From an uncultured Gammaproteobacteria bacterium (lineage in GTDB: Bacteria > Pseudomonadota > Gammaproteobacteria > Pseudomonadales > Pseudohongiellaceae), in NCBI GenBank assembly GCA_963976555.1, contig CAXBLN010000001.1:1-50132 (forward strand): DNA of 50,132 bases, in the 5' to 3' direction. A model generated the notes under the pieces. It saw only the letters and a list, made by a program, of their open reading frames with translations, searched no databases and was not told the origin of the DNA. The position numbers and the translations under genes are program-made. Shown piece by piece: positions 1-8,586 of the stretch. The first letter of the stretch is position 1. Each line of letters starts with the position of its first letter.

Positions 1-1
1 A

Positions 2-766
2 TTGACCCATTTCGTAGTGGGCGGTGTCGGCAATAACAACCTATCCGGCGAGAATGACCCGGTGTGGGACTTGGGAACGGGTATAAGTTACAAATTGTCC
101 GATAATTGGACGTGGCGCACGGCTGTTCGTACTTATCTCAATGCCAACCGTGATCACGAAGACAACGATTTTGGCATAGACACGGCGCTGGTCTACCGTT
201 TCGGTGGCAACAAGTCTCGCCCCGCAGCGCCAGCGGCAAGACCCGCAGCCGCTGCTGCCCCAGCGCGTGCTCCGGCTGCTCCAGCCGCTGCCGCACCCGA
301 TGCGGATAGAGATGGCGTACCCGACAGCCGCGACAACTGCCCGGATACACCTAGAAACTATGCTGTAGACGCAGACGGTTGCCCAATCCCTGTTGAGGAA
401 GTGGCTAGAGTCGAGTTGGAAGTACTATTTGAGTTCGACCGCTCCGAAGTCAGACCCCAATACTACTCCGAGATTCAGGAAGTAAGCGATTTCATGGTGC
501 AGTATCCAGACGTGATTATCGAGCTGGAAGGTCACACTGACAGCCGCGGTGAAGACCAGTACAACATGGGGCTTTCCGAGCGCCGCGCGCAGGCTGTTCG
601 TGAGGTGCTCATCGATCGCTACAACATACAGGCTAGCCGAATATCGGCGCGTGGATTCGGTGAGTCTCAGCCGAGAGCTACGAACGATACAGACGCCGGT
701 CGTGCTCAGAACCGTCGTGTGATGACAGTGATCATCAAGACGCTTCAGAATTACCGTCCTCGCTAA
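2..766 (+). CDS. OmpA-family outer-membrane / peptidoglycan-associated protein, 5'-truncated by the window edge
   Basis: The ORF is open at the window start. It has an Ala/Pro-rich linker (AAPAARPAAAAAPARAPAAPAAAAP) and thrombospondin type-3-like repeats (DADRDGVPDSRDNCPDTP, DADGCP). The C-terminus is an OmpA-like domain (LEGHTDSRGEDQYNMGLSERRAQAV ... NRRVMTVI). Confidence 0.85.
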   Translation: MTHFVVGGVGNNNLSGENDPVWDLGTGISYKLSDNWTWRTAVRTYLNANRDHEDNDFGIDTALVYRFGGNKSRPAAPAARPAAAAAPARAPAAPAAAAPDADRDGVPDSRDNCPDTPRNYAVDADGCPIPVEEVARVELEVLFEFDRSEVRPQYYSEIQEVSDFMVQYPDVIIELEGHTDSRGEDQYNMGLSERRAQAVREVLIDRYNIQASRISARGFGESQPRATNDTDAGRAQNRRVMTVIIKTLQNYRPR

Positions 767-785
767 TTAGTAAAGCGTACTACCA

Positions 786-818
786 CCCCGCACTGCACTC
801 GCTGCAGCGCGGGGTTTT
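786..818 (+). terminator. Rho-independent terminator after the OmpA-family gene
   Basis: GC-rich hairpin ccccgcactgca / tgcagcgcgggg followed by TTTT, about 20 nt after the stop codon. Confidence 0.6.
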
Positions 819-842
819 CATTTCACAATCCCACGAAACTTG

Positions 843-1406
843 ATGCCCTTGCAATCAAAAGCAGCCTCTAGTTCAGCACTCGGTAATCTGCCGCTCGCTA
901 TGGCAGACATATCGGGTAGCTCCCTGGATTGGCACAAACTTGGATCGCGAAGTATCCAGCCGAGCGTAGCTTGGAAGCAGTGGCTGTTCGATTCTGGCTC
1001 GCTTACGCAATTGTTGATTGAGAAAAGTCACAGCAATTTTCGCGTCGAAGTTGTCTCCCAGCAATGGATCACCCTACCCTCAGCAGCGGTTCGCTCTGGT
1101 TTTGGCCCTTTGTCTGCTTCCCACAATTTCTGGTCACGAAAAGTCGTGCTCGTGGGCAACGACAAGCCCTGGGTATTGGCGCACACGCTGATTCCCAAAT
1201 ACAGTTTAGATAGCCCATTGGCAAGTGTCTTGGAGCTTAACGAGAAGCCCCTGGGGGAGTACTTATTCAGCCACCCCGATCTTATCCGCAGTGGCATGGA
1301 TATTACTTGCTTTGGGAGTAATTCTTGGGGAAGGCGCAGCCTTTTCTACCTCTTCGAGAAGCCTATTATGGTTGCCGAATTTTTTCTGCCCTCTATCCTC
1401 GACTAA
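843..1406 (+). CDS. ubiC: Chorismate pyruvate-lyase (UbiC family)
   Basis: Size is about 187 aa. Family-like motifs are [33 protein letters not shown] and [11 protein letters not shown]. The track ORF starts at TTG 840, but ATG 843 is the more likely start. Confidence 0.6.
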   Translation: MPLQSKAASSSALGNLPLAMADISGSSLDWHKLGSRSIQPSVAWKQWLFDSGSLTQLLIEKSHSNFRVEVVSQQWITLPSAAVRSGFGPLSASHNFWSRKVVLVGNDKPWVLAHTLIPKYSLDSPLASVLELNEKPLGEYLFSHPDLIRSGMDITCFGSNSWGRRSLFYLFEKPIMVAEFFLPSILD

Positions 1407-1552
1407 GCGCAGCAAACGATTCGACTTTTCCCCAAAGCAATCTATACTTAATTTTAGTAGTCTCGTCGTACCTACAGGCCTCAAGTTGGCGCGAGACACT
1501 GGCACACAGGATGTGGTCGCCAGTTTATGCAACGATAGGAAGGAGCCTCCCC

Positions 1553-2452
1553 ATGAATGATGAGAAGCTGGCACCCAGCCGGACTGATTCCGACACTCCA
1601 ACAGATGCAGCTTGCGCTCCAGACGTAACTCGGCTCTACCTTAAAGAGATTGGTCATGCGCCCTTACTTACAGCGGAAGAAGAGGTTCGCTATGCTCGGC
1701 GCGCATTAAAAGGCGATAGTGCGAGCAGACGTCGGATGATTGAAAGTAATCTGCGCTTGGTGGTGAAAATCTCGAGGCGCTATTTGAATCGCGGGCTCTC
1801 GCTTTTAGATCTTATCGAAGAGGGCAATCTGGGTCTTATACACGCTGTGGAGAAGTTCGATCCTGAGAAAGGCTTTCGGTTCTCAACCTATGCAACGTGG
1901 TGGATTCGGCAGAATATCGAACGCGGTCTGATGAACCAGACTCGAACCATCCGCCTGCCCGTACATGTTGTAAAGCAATTAAATAGCTATCAGCGAATCC
2001 AACGAGACTTCGTAAGAGAGACGGGTCGAGAGGCGGGGAGCCGCGAGATTGCGGAGTCTACCGGTAGCTCTCGCCTGGAAATAGAACGGCTGATGATCCT
2101 GAATGAGAGTCTCAGTTCTGTAGATGCGCCTGTTGCAGCGGACTCAGACACGGCAGTAGTGGAAATGCTCAGCGCAGAATCTAAACAGAATCCTCGAAGC
2201 TATTGTCAAACCTCGCAGATGCATGAGCGTTTGGAAAACTGGCTGCAACAACTCTCCGAAAAGCAACGCGATATCATCTGCAGGCGCTTTGGTCTTCGCG
2301 GTTACGATACAGACACTCTGGAAAATGTGGGTGTCGAGGTCGGCCTTACCCGGGAAAGAGTTAGGCAGATACAGATCGAAGCACTGAATAAACTGAAACT
2401 ATTAATCCGCAAGGAAGGGCTAAACCTCGAGCTGATAGCGGAGGCTGTCTAG
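1553..2452 (+). CDS. rpoS: RNA polymerase sigma factor, RpoS-like (group 2 sigma-70)
   Basis: Region 1.2-2.4 motifs: [81 protein letters not shown]. Region 4 helix-turn-helix: [26 protein letters not shown] 1553 is preceded by AGGAGC at 1541. The longer track ORF (from 1325) overlaps ubiC and is rejected. Confidence 0.85.
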   Translation: MNDEKLAPSRTDSDTPTDAACAPDVTRLYLKEIGHAPLLTAEEEVRYARRALKGDSASRRRMIESNLRLVVKISRRYLNRGLSLLDLIEEGNLGLIHAVEKFDPEKGFRFSTYATWWIRQNIERGLMNQTRTIRLPVHVVKQLNSYQRIQRDFVRETGREAGSREIAESTGSSRLEIERLMILNESLSSVDAPVAADSDTAVVEMLSAESKQNPRSYCQTSQMHERLENWLQQLSEKQRDIICRRFGLRGYDTDTLENVGVEVGLTRERVRQIQIEALNKLKLLIRKEGLNLELIAEAV

Positions 2453-2565
2453 TACTGAGCTGCGGACATGGGTACTTGAACCGGCAGCGAGGCTACCGTA
2501 TCCTCTTGCCCCGACAAAGCGTATCGTATCTGGTATAGCTCGAAGCGGCGGAATAGGAATCTACA

Positions 2566-3771
2566 GTGTTTAATAGAACTAGCGAAGGTGCGCTCAAGGG
2601 CAAGTTAGTTATCGATCTGTCTAGAGTGTTGGGTGGACCATACTGCACACAGATGCTCGGCGATCACGGCGCAGAGATTATTAAAATAGAACCTCCTCGA
2701 GGGGATGAGACTCGAGATTGGGGGCCTCCCTTTCACGATGAAGACTCCGCCTACTATTTGGGTGTCAACCGCAACAAGCGTTCCATGGGTTTGGATCTTT
2801 CGAAACCCGATGGTCAGCAGGTATTGCTGCGACTGCTGGAAAAGGCAGATGTTCTCATCGAAAACTACAAGCCAGGGACCATGGAGAAATGGGGTCTCGG
2901 ATATGAGGAGGTCCTGAGAGAAAAGTTCCCCAGGCTGATTCACTGCCGAGTCAGTGGGTTTGGAAGTGATGGGCCTTGGGGAGGGTTCCCCGGATATGAC
3001 GCGATTATCCAAGCCATGGCAGGCTGGTTCAGTGTAAATGGAGAGGCGGGCAGCAATCCGACAAGGCTGGGACTTGCGATGGTGGATATGGGCACCGGCC
3101 TTTATTCGGCAGTCGCGATTCTCATGGCTATGGCTGAAAGAGAAAGGTCACAGAAGGGACAATACCTTGATATGACCCTATACGACTGTGCAGTTTCGTT
3201 GATGCACCCACATATTCCCAACTATCTGTACTCTGGAAAGATTCCTGTTGCGACCGGGAATGCGCACCCCAATATAAGTCCCTACGATACATTCCGCACG
3301 AAGACTGTGGATATCTTCGTCGGAGCGGGAAATAACCGTGCCTATGGGAAAATGTGCGTCGAATTGGGAAGAGAAGAGCTAATTACAGATCCTAGGTTCC
3401 TGAACAATATCGACCGTGTGAATAACAGAGATGATCTGAAGGCAGAGATAGAATCCAGCCTGATGAAGATTGATGGCAGCGAAATAGCTGATCGACTTGC
3501 CAACGCCGGTCTTGCTGCGGGCGCGATTCACGATACCGCGCAGGTAGTAGATCATGCCCACACCAGGCACCGGGAAATGATTATCGAAGACGACTGGTAC
3601 AAGATGACAGGCACACCGATTAAACTGTCTCGCACGCCGGGTTCGGTGCGGCATAAACCTCCTAAATTCGGTGAGCACACCTGGCAGATCCTACGTGAAT
3701 TCGAATTCTCAGGTGGGGAAATACAAGAGCTTCTGGCCGCAGATACAATTCTCGAAAAGCGACAGAACTAA
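2566..3771 (+). CDS. Family III CoA-transferase (CaiB/BaiF-type)
   Basis: 401 aa. The N-terminus is typical of the family (LKGKLVIDLSRVLGGPYCTQMLGDHGAEIIKIEPPRGDETR). Also present: ADVLIENYKPGTMEKWGLGYE and GNAHPNISPYDTF. GTG start with AGGAA upstream. Confidence 0.8.
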   Translation: MFNRTSEGALKGKLVIDLSRVLGGPYCTQMLGDHGAEIIKIEPPRGDETRDWGPPFHDEDSAYYLGVNRNKRSMGLDLSKPDGQQVLLRLLEKADVLIENYKPGTMEKWGLGYEEVLREKFPRLIHCRVSGFGSDGPWGGFPGYDAIIQAMAGWFSVNGEAGSNPTRLGLAMVDMGTGLYSAVAILMAMAERERSQKGQYLDMTLYDCAVSLMHPHIPNYLYSGKIPVATGNAHPNISPYDTFRTKTVDIFVGAGNNRAYGKMCVELGREELITDPRFLNNIDRVNNRDDLKAEIESSLMKIDGSEIADRLANAGLAAGAIHDTAQVVDHAHTRHREMIIEDDWYKMTGTPIKLSRTPGSVRHKPPKFGEHTWQILREFEFSGGEIQELLAADTILEKRQN

Positions 3772-3819
3772 CTCCAGAGCCCGTTTCTCGGTGCCTCTCT
3801 CATTAAAACCCCTGAAAAA

Positions 3820-3848
3820 TCAGTCGGATACATCCGGCTGATTTCTTT
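3820..3848 (+). terminator. Rho-independent terminator after the CoA-transferase gene
   Basis: Hairpin tcagtcgg-atacat-ccggctga (8 bp, one G-U pair) followed by tttctttgtt. Confidence 0.55.
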
Positions 3849-3867
3849 GTTGCATGTTGCTGATATG

Positions 3868-3889
3868 GTGTTATAGTTATGTATAACAC
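3868..3889. promoter_or_regulatory. Perfect inverted repeat GTGTTATA-N6-TATAACAC; candidate autoregulatory operator of the downstream GntR/YtrA-type repressor
   Basis: 8-bp arms read directly from the sequence. It ends 22 nt upstream of GTG 3912. GntR-family dimers bind palindromes of this kind in their own promoters. Confidence 0.6.
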
Positions 3890-3911
3890 TATATGGGCAG
3901 GAGCCTGCTAA

Positions 3912-4271
3912 GTGGAAATCAATTGGAACAATAAAGAGCCTATTTATCTGCAACTTAGAGACAGGTTGGTGGAGCTCATAATGGATGGCGTCCTCGTTGA
4001 GGGCGATGCCTTGCCATCGGTTCGCCAGATTTCCAGTGAGCAACGAATCAACCCAATCACTGTATCGAAAGCGATGCAAATTTTGGTCGACGAAGAGTTG
4101 GTCGAGAAAAAACGGGGGCTAGGAATGTATGTCTTACCAGGAGCGAAGCAAAAACTATCAACCGCAGAAAGAAGAAAGTTTCTTGAGCAGGAATGGCCGC
4201 AGATTGCTGAAAGAATTGAGAGGCTGGGCCTGGAAATTAATGATCTCCTTGGCGGCGAGAAGAATCGATAG
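3912..4271 (+). CDS. GntR-family transcriptional regulator, YtrA subfamily (short C-terminal domain)
   Basis: 119 aa. Winged-helix motif PIYLQLRDRLVELIMDGVLVEGDALPSVRQISSEQRINPITVSKAMQILVDEELVEKKRGLGMYV. It is followed by an ABC ATPase and permease, as in ytrA-type operons. Confidence 0.85.
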   Translation: MEINWNNKEPIYLQLRDRLVELIMDGVLVEGDALPSVRQISSEQRINPITVSKAMQILVDEELVEKKRGLGMYVLPGAKQKLSTAERRKFLEQEWPQIAERIERLGLEINDLLGGEKNR

Positions 4272-4296
4272 AAATCGAGAACTTTGGGGATAGAGC

Positions 4297-5157
4297 ATGA
4301 GTAATATCGTCGAAGCCAAATCGCTTCGTAAAAAATACGGCAGCTTTGTTGCTTTGGATGGAGTAGATCTGTCTATACCTAGCGGAGCCATCAGTGGCCT
4401 TATAGGCCCGAACGGGGCAGGGAAGACGACAACTCTAAAGGCGTTGACCGGGCTCTGCGATGTGGACGGCGAGCTCAGCGTTGCCGGCCGCGACCCTCGG
4501 AAAGCTCGACACAAGTTGATGGAAGACGTCTGCTTCATCGCCGACGTCGGCATTCTGCCGAAGTGGTTAAAGGTTTCCCATGTCATCGACTATGTAGAAG
4601 CCGTACATCCGAGATTCGATCGCCGCAAGGCAGAAAAATTTCTTAGTACGACAGATATTCCGAGCAATAAGCGCATCAAAGACCTATCGAAGGGGATGGT
4701 GACACAGCTTCATCTGGCCCTGGTAATGTCGATAGACGTCCAGCTGTTAGTCCTCGATGAGCCGACCCTGGGATTGGATATCATCTATAGGAAGGAGTTC
4801 TATGATCGGCTGCTCAACGATTATTATAATGGGAATCAAACAATCATTATCAGCACGCACCAGGTGGAAGAAATAGAGGCGCTGCTCTCACATCTCGTGT
4901 TCATTAATAAAGGTAAAATTGTACTCGACACCCTGATGACGGATATTGCCGAGGTCTTTTCCGAAGTTCTGGTCGGCCCGGACAAATTGTCACAGGCCGA
5001 CGCACTCGGGCCAATTTATGTTCGCAATTTGCTGGGCAAGAAATCTTACACGTTCGAATCGATCCCTAAGGCGCAACTGGAGTCGCTCGGTGAGGTTCAT
5101 ACGCCAAGCGTTGCCGATCTCTTCGTTGCCAAGTTGAAGGAAGAAAAAAATGGATAA
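4297..5157 (+). CDS. ABC transporter ATP-binding protein
   Basis: Walker A GPNGAGKTT, signature-like LSKGMVTQL, Walker B LLVLDEPTLGLD, H-loop ISTHQVEE. Confidence 0.9.
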   Translation: MSNIVEAKSLRKKYGSFVALDGVDLSIPSGAISGLIGPNGAGKTTTLKALTGLCDVDGELSVAGRDPRKARHKLMEDVCFIADVGILPKWLKVSHVIDYVEAVHPRFDRRKAEKFLSTTDIPSNKRIKDLSKGMVTQLHLALVMSIDVQLLVLDEPTLGLDIIYRKEFYDRLLNDYYNGNQTIIISTHQVEEIEALLSHLVFINKGKIVLDTLMTDIAEVFSEVLVGPDKLSQADALGPIYVRNLLGKKSYTFESIPKAQLESLGEVHTPSVADLFVAKLKEEKNG

Positions 5158-6004
5158 GTTCGCGATCTATCAGTTCTATGGGCTGCTGAGGCGAGAGGTG
5201 TTGGAACATAGAAACTTATTCGTAGGTGCACCTGCCGTTGTCGCGCTACTCATTCTGGTGGCCACGACCTGGGTGGCTACACGTATAGATCCAGATCGAT
5301 TGGCCGAAGGTCTTCGTTATCTCTCGGTGTTGTTCGATGGTCTGTCACCGTTCGATATGGCGCCGTTTTTCATGGTGGCGGCCGCCCCGTTTTTCATTAC
5401 GCTCGCCATCTGCACCGTGATCTATCTAATCAATGCTCTGTACCAGGATCGTAAAGAGATGAGTGTCCTTTTCTGGCAGTCTATGCCAGTTTCGAATCTG
5501 CAGACAGTTGTAGCGAAGCTCGTCGCTATTACTGTCGTTGCACCTATCTTCTACGTATCGATTATTTTCGCAATGTACTTGATTGCGATGGTCTGGTTGA
5601 CCGTATTGGGGATAAGTTACGATGTGGACTTGGTTGGAATCGGTTGGATGTTTCTCGCGGCGTTGGTGAGTCTGGTTCTTATTTACATTTCCGTTGTCGT
5701 CACGTCACTTTGGCTATTGCCTACTATGGGCTGGCTGCTTCTTTTTTCAGCTTTCGCGAGGAAGACACCTTTGTTATGGGCGGGCGGAGTATTTATCTTG
5801 GTTGGCTTTCTTGAGGATTTTATTTTTGGTACACAATATTTGGCGAATTGGGTGGAGTCGCGCACTGCCGACCCGAATCAATATCTCATCGTGGAGTTCT
5901 CAAGCGTCTTTGAGAGAGTGTTTAATTACGATACGCTGTTTGGAATACTGGTCGGTTCAATCCTGATTGCCGGGGCGGTATTCATGCGTCGTTTCATTGA
6001 TTGA
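5150..6004 (+). CDS. ABC-2-type / YtrC-like integral membrane permease
   Basis: 284 aa with multiple hydrophobic helices. It overlaps the ATPase stop by 8 nt, suggesting translational coupling. Confidence 0.65.
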   Translation: MDKFAIYQFYGLLRREVLEHRNLFVGAPAVVALLILVATTWVATRIDPDRLAEGLRYLSVLFDGLSPFDMAPFFMVAAAPFFITLAICTVIYLINALYQDRKEMSVLFWQSMPVSNLQTVVAKLVAITVVAPIFYVSIIFAMYLIAMVWLTVLGISYDVDLVGIGWMFLAALVSLVLIYISVVVTSLWLLPTMGWLLLFSAFARKTPLLWAGGVFILVGFLEDFIFGTQYLANWVESRTADPNQYLIVEFSSVFERVFNYDTLFGILVGSILIAGAVFMRRFID

Positions 6005-6022
6005 GAATCGAAAGGGAAACCG

Positions 6023-6244
6023 ATGAAGAATCTAATACTTCGAAATCGCTACACCGTGTTGCTTACTACTTTGATTGTCTATGTTGTAGTGCTGGTTGCG
6101 GAGGGCGCGATTACCGGCCGTGAGCCGCAAAGCGTCAAGTTTGAGAATCCATATTTCGACCTGAATCTGAATAACTTCGAAGAATTCCGGGAGCGCAGAA
6201 ATGGGAGTAACAGAGCCAGACGAGAAGATGGTGGCGATGTGTAG
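6023..6244 (+). CDS. Small hypothetical membrane-anchored protein
   Basis: 73 aa with one N-terminal TM helix (VLLTTLIVYVVVLVAEGAI). It starts 18 nt after the permease gene, and GGGAAAC lies before the ATG. Confidence 0.4.
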   Translation: MKNLILRNRYTVLLTTLIVYVVVLVAEGAITGREPQSVKFENPYFDLNLNNFEEFRERRNGSNRARREDGGDV

Positions 6245-6260
6245 ACTGCACATCGCTCTA

Positions 6261-6289
6261 TTGACAGCGTGAAGCGAATCCAATAAAGT
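6261..6289 (+). promoter_or_regulatory. Near-consensus sigma-70 promoter (TTGACA-17 nt-TAAAGT)
   Basis: Perfect -35 hexamer at 6261-6266, a 17-nt spacer, and a -10 hexamer at 6284-6289 matching TATAAT at 4 of 6 positions, including T1, A2 and T6. Confidence 0.5.
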
Positions 6290-6323
6290 CCCCGCCTGTA
6301 GAATACCGAGCGAAAGACTAACG

Positions 6324-6446
6324 ATGTACGAAACGAATTTCCAGCAGTCAGTTAAACCTCAGGCAGCAGCGGCAGTACGCACAGCGGCCCGACGCGCCGC
6401 GCGCGCGACATATTTATCCCTGCCGGAGAGCCTTGGTTTTATCTAG
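6324..6446 (+). CDS. Candidate 40-aa small protein (MYETNFQQSVKPQAAAAVRTAARRAARATYLSLPESLGFI), or the body of a small RNA
   Basis: Hand translation. It lies between the promoter at 6261 and the strong terminator at 6466-6504. The SD (GAAAG) is weak. It falls below the ORF-track length cut-off. Confidence 0.25.
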   Translation: MYETNFQQSVKPQAAAAVRTAARRAARATYLSLPESLGFI

Positions 6447-6465
6447 TTAACAAAAACAGATTCTG

Positions 6466-6504
6466 AAAACCCCTAAGCGCCTCTGGCCTTAGGGGTTTTT
6501 TTTT
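6466..6504 (+). terminator. Strong rho-independent terminator
   Basis: Stem cccctaag / cttagggg with an extended inner stem, followed by 9 T. It is preceded by an A-run, so it is potentially bidirectional. Confidence 0.85.
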
Positions 6505-6551
6505 GGCGTTCGTTTAGCGTGTGTGCAGTTTGGAAATAGAGGAGAAAGAGC

Positions 6552-7316
6552 GTGAATGTGAGGGAGATAGAGGAGGCTGTCAGAGTCGCCTGGCCGGCGC
6601 TTGAGGAAGAAGAATTGCCTGTCGGAGTGCTTAGATACGCGAACGGAATAGAGCGCCGTACTAATGCATTGAGTCTGCATCCGGACGCCGATCTGGTGCC
6701 GGTGGAGTACATAGAAGCGGCCGAAAAATATTTCAGGGAAAGGAGTGTTGCGCCGGTGATAAGAATAGTGCGTTCAGACGGCAGTTCGTTACCGACGCTT
6801 GAGAATATAGACAACGCGCTCGCTCATAGAGGATATGAGAAGCAGTCGCCGACCCAAACTATGCTGCTTGATCTGACGGGAATTGTTGGCTGTAAAACTA
6901 TGGTAAAGGCGAATCACTTGGCCGAGCTCAGCACCTGGTTAAGTGCATGGTATGAGATAACGGGAAAACCGTTAGAGGGCATCGCTGTGCATAGAGAAAT
7001 TCTAGAAAAGTTGGAGTTACATAATGTGCGATTTCTCAGTCTTGCAATCGATGGAATTCCTCTCAGTACGGGCATGGCTGTTCTGTCTGAAAGAGCAGTA
7101 GGAATATTTGGAATTGCCAGCGCGGCCTCTCATAGGCAGCAGGGACACGCATCTGCAGTCCTAGCTTCGCTGTTGCACTGGGCATTGATGCGAGGAGCGA
7201 GATTCGCGTATCTGCAGGTGGCAGAGTCGAATCAGGCAGCAATTAATTTGTATCGAAAGTTGGGTTTTACGAGAGTTTACTCCCACTGGTACCGGGTTGG
7301 TACACAAATAGTATAG
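6552..7316 (+). CDS. GNAT-family N-acetyltransferase
   Basis: The C-terminal acetyl-CoA motif A region is HRQQGHASAVLASLLHWALMRGARFAYLQVAESNQAAINLYRKLGFTRVY. GTG start with GAGGAG 7 nt upstream. Confidence 0.75.
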   Translation: MNVREIEEAVRVAWPALEEEELPVGVLRYANGIERRTNALSLHPDADLVPVEYIEAAEKYFRERSVAPVIRIVRSDGSSLPTLENIDNALAHRGYEKQSPTQTMLLDLTGIVGCKTMVKANHLAELSTWLSAWYEITGKPLEGIAVHREILEKLELHNVRFLSLAIDGIPLSTGMAVLSERAVGIFGIASAASHRQQGHASAVLASLLHWALMRGARFAYLQVAESNQAAINLYRKLGFTRVYSHWYRVGTQIV

Positions 7317-7332
7317 AGATGAGAGCGCTGAT

Positions 7333-8535
7333 ATGAACACAATAGAGATAGAAGATCGTCTGGGCATTACCTTCTGCAATCGACAATCAGTAGCGATAGA
7401 ACGTGGCGAGGGCTGTGTCGTTTGGGATGAAGACGGCAAGGAATATTTGGACTTCACGTCGGGTTGGGGAGTGACCTGCCTGGGACATTCGCATCCAGTT
7501 ATAACAGGCGCCATATTCGAACAGGCACAGAAAATTATTCAGAATCCAAACTCGGGCTTTACTTATTCACCTTCGCGTTCAAGATTACTGGAGACGCTTA
7601 GCGACATATTGCCGATAAGCCCGGCCAAAATATATTTCGCAAACAGTGGTGCCGAGGCTAATGATGCTGCAATAAAGCTTGCGCGTAAAATTACAGGAAA
7701 ATCCAGGATCGTTTCAACGCTAGCGTCGTTTCACGGACGCACCTTCAATACACTCTCGGTCTCTGGAGGCATAAATAATGCTAAGCAGTTCTTACCCAGC
7801 TTAGAGGGAAATGGTTTCGCTCCCTTCGGGGATTTCGATGCCTTAGAGTCAGCTGTAGACTCGAATACTGCGGCCGTCATTCTTGAGCCAATACAGGGTG
7901 AGGGCGGTGTGCGTATTCCCCCCGCTGACTATCTCCACCGTGCCGCAGCCCTCTGCAAGAAAAGAGGTGTGCTGCTTATTATCGACGAAATACAAACCGG
8001 GTTTTGCAGGACTGGCAAGTTCTTCGCGATAGAGCATAGCAGTCAAGGCCTCGTTCCGGATATTCTCACTATGGGCAAGGGTATCGCAGGAGGATTCCCG
8101 TTCGCGGCCTTTGCCGTCTCCGAGAGTGTGGACCGACAGTTGAGCAAGGGTGACCATGGCGGAACCTTCTGTGGCAACCCGCTTGCTTGTGCTGTAGCAA
8201 CGGCAGTCGTTGACTACCTGCTCCGTGAGAACATGGCGGACAGAGCTGCCGTGTCGGGGAAGCTCCTGTTAGCAGGTCTTGAGCGCATGGGGCTAAAATA
8301 TCCCAGTTTGGTCGGCTCTATACGGGGCAGCGGGCTGCTGTGTGCCTTCGAATTGCAATCGGATGAGCAAGTGAGGCAGGTAAGCGAAGCCGCGCTTGCA
8401 ATCGGCTTATTGGTCACGCCGACAAGGAACGGTATCGTACGTTTAATCCCGCCGCTGATTGTGAGCGAAGCCGAGATACTCCAAGGCTTAGATTTACTAG
8501 ACCGAGCGCTGGCATCTGTTGTTCCCAGGCATTGA
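7333..8535 (+). CDS. Class III PLP-dependent aminotransferase (acetylornithine/ornithine/GABA aminotransferase-like)
   Basis: Motifs: GWGVTCLGHSHP, SGAEANDAAIKLAR, LLIIDEIQTGFCRTGKFFA, and the PLP-Lys region LTMGKGIAGGFP. Confidence 0.85.
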   Translation: MNTIEIEDRLGITFCNRQSVAIERGEGCVVWDEDGKEYLDFTSGWGVTCLGHSHPVITGAIFEQAQKIIQNPNSGFTYSPSRSRLLETLSDILPISPAKIYFANSGAEANDAAIKLARKITGKSRIVSTLASFHGRTFNTLSVSGGINNAKQFLPSLEGNGFAPFGDFDALESAVDSNTAAVILEPIQGEGGVRIPPADYLHRAAALCKKRGVLLIIDEIQTGFCRTGKFFAIEHSSQGLVPDILTMGKGIAGGFPFAAFAVSESVDRQLSKGDHGGTFCGNPLACAVATAVVDYLLRENMADRAAVSGKLLLAGLERMGLKYPSLVGSIRGSGLLCAFELQSDEQVRQVSEAALAIGLLVTPTRNGIVRLIPPLIVSEAEILQGLDLLDRALASVVPRH

Positions 8536-8586
8536 GTAAAGTAGACTGATTAGCTTAGGTATCAACAGGTAAGAAGAGATTCCAAC

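Noticed and set aside
220-300. Ala/Pro-rich GC-rich repetitive stretch that looks like a tandem repeat.
   Set aside because: It is in frame within the OmpA-family ORF and encodes the usual Ala/Pro linker between the beta-barrel and the OmpA-like domain. It is not an independent repeat element.
1325-1552. N-terminal 76-codon extension of the rpoS ORF given in the ORF track (375 aa).
   Set aside because: The extension overlaps the ubiC 3' end and translates to a non-sigma-like sequence. ATG 1553 has a good SD and yields a 300-aa protein that begins at the normal distance before region 1.2.
6552-8535. GNAT acetyltransferase plus class III aminotransferase as an ectoine (ectA-ectB) locus.
   Set aside because: There is no ectC-like cupin gene after them. 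The GNAT is 254 aa with an extra N-domain, unlike EctA, and the downstream genes are generic oxidoreductases.
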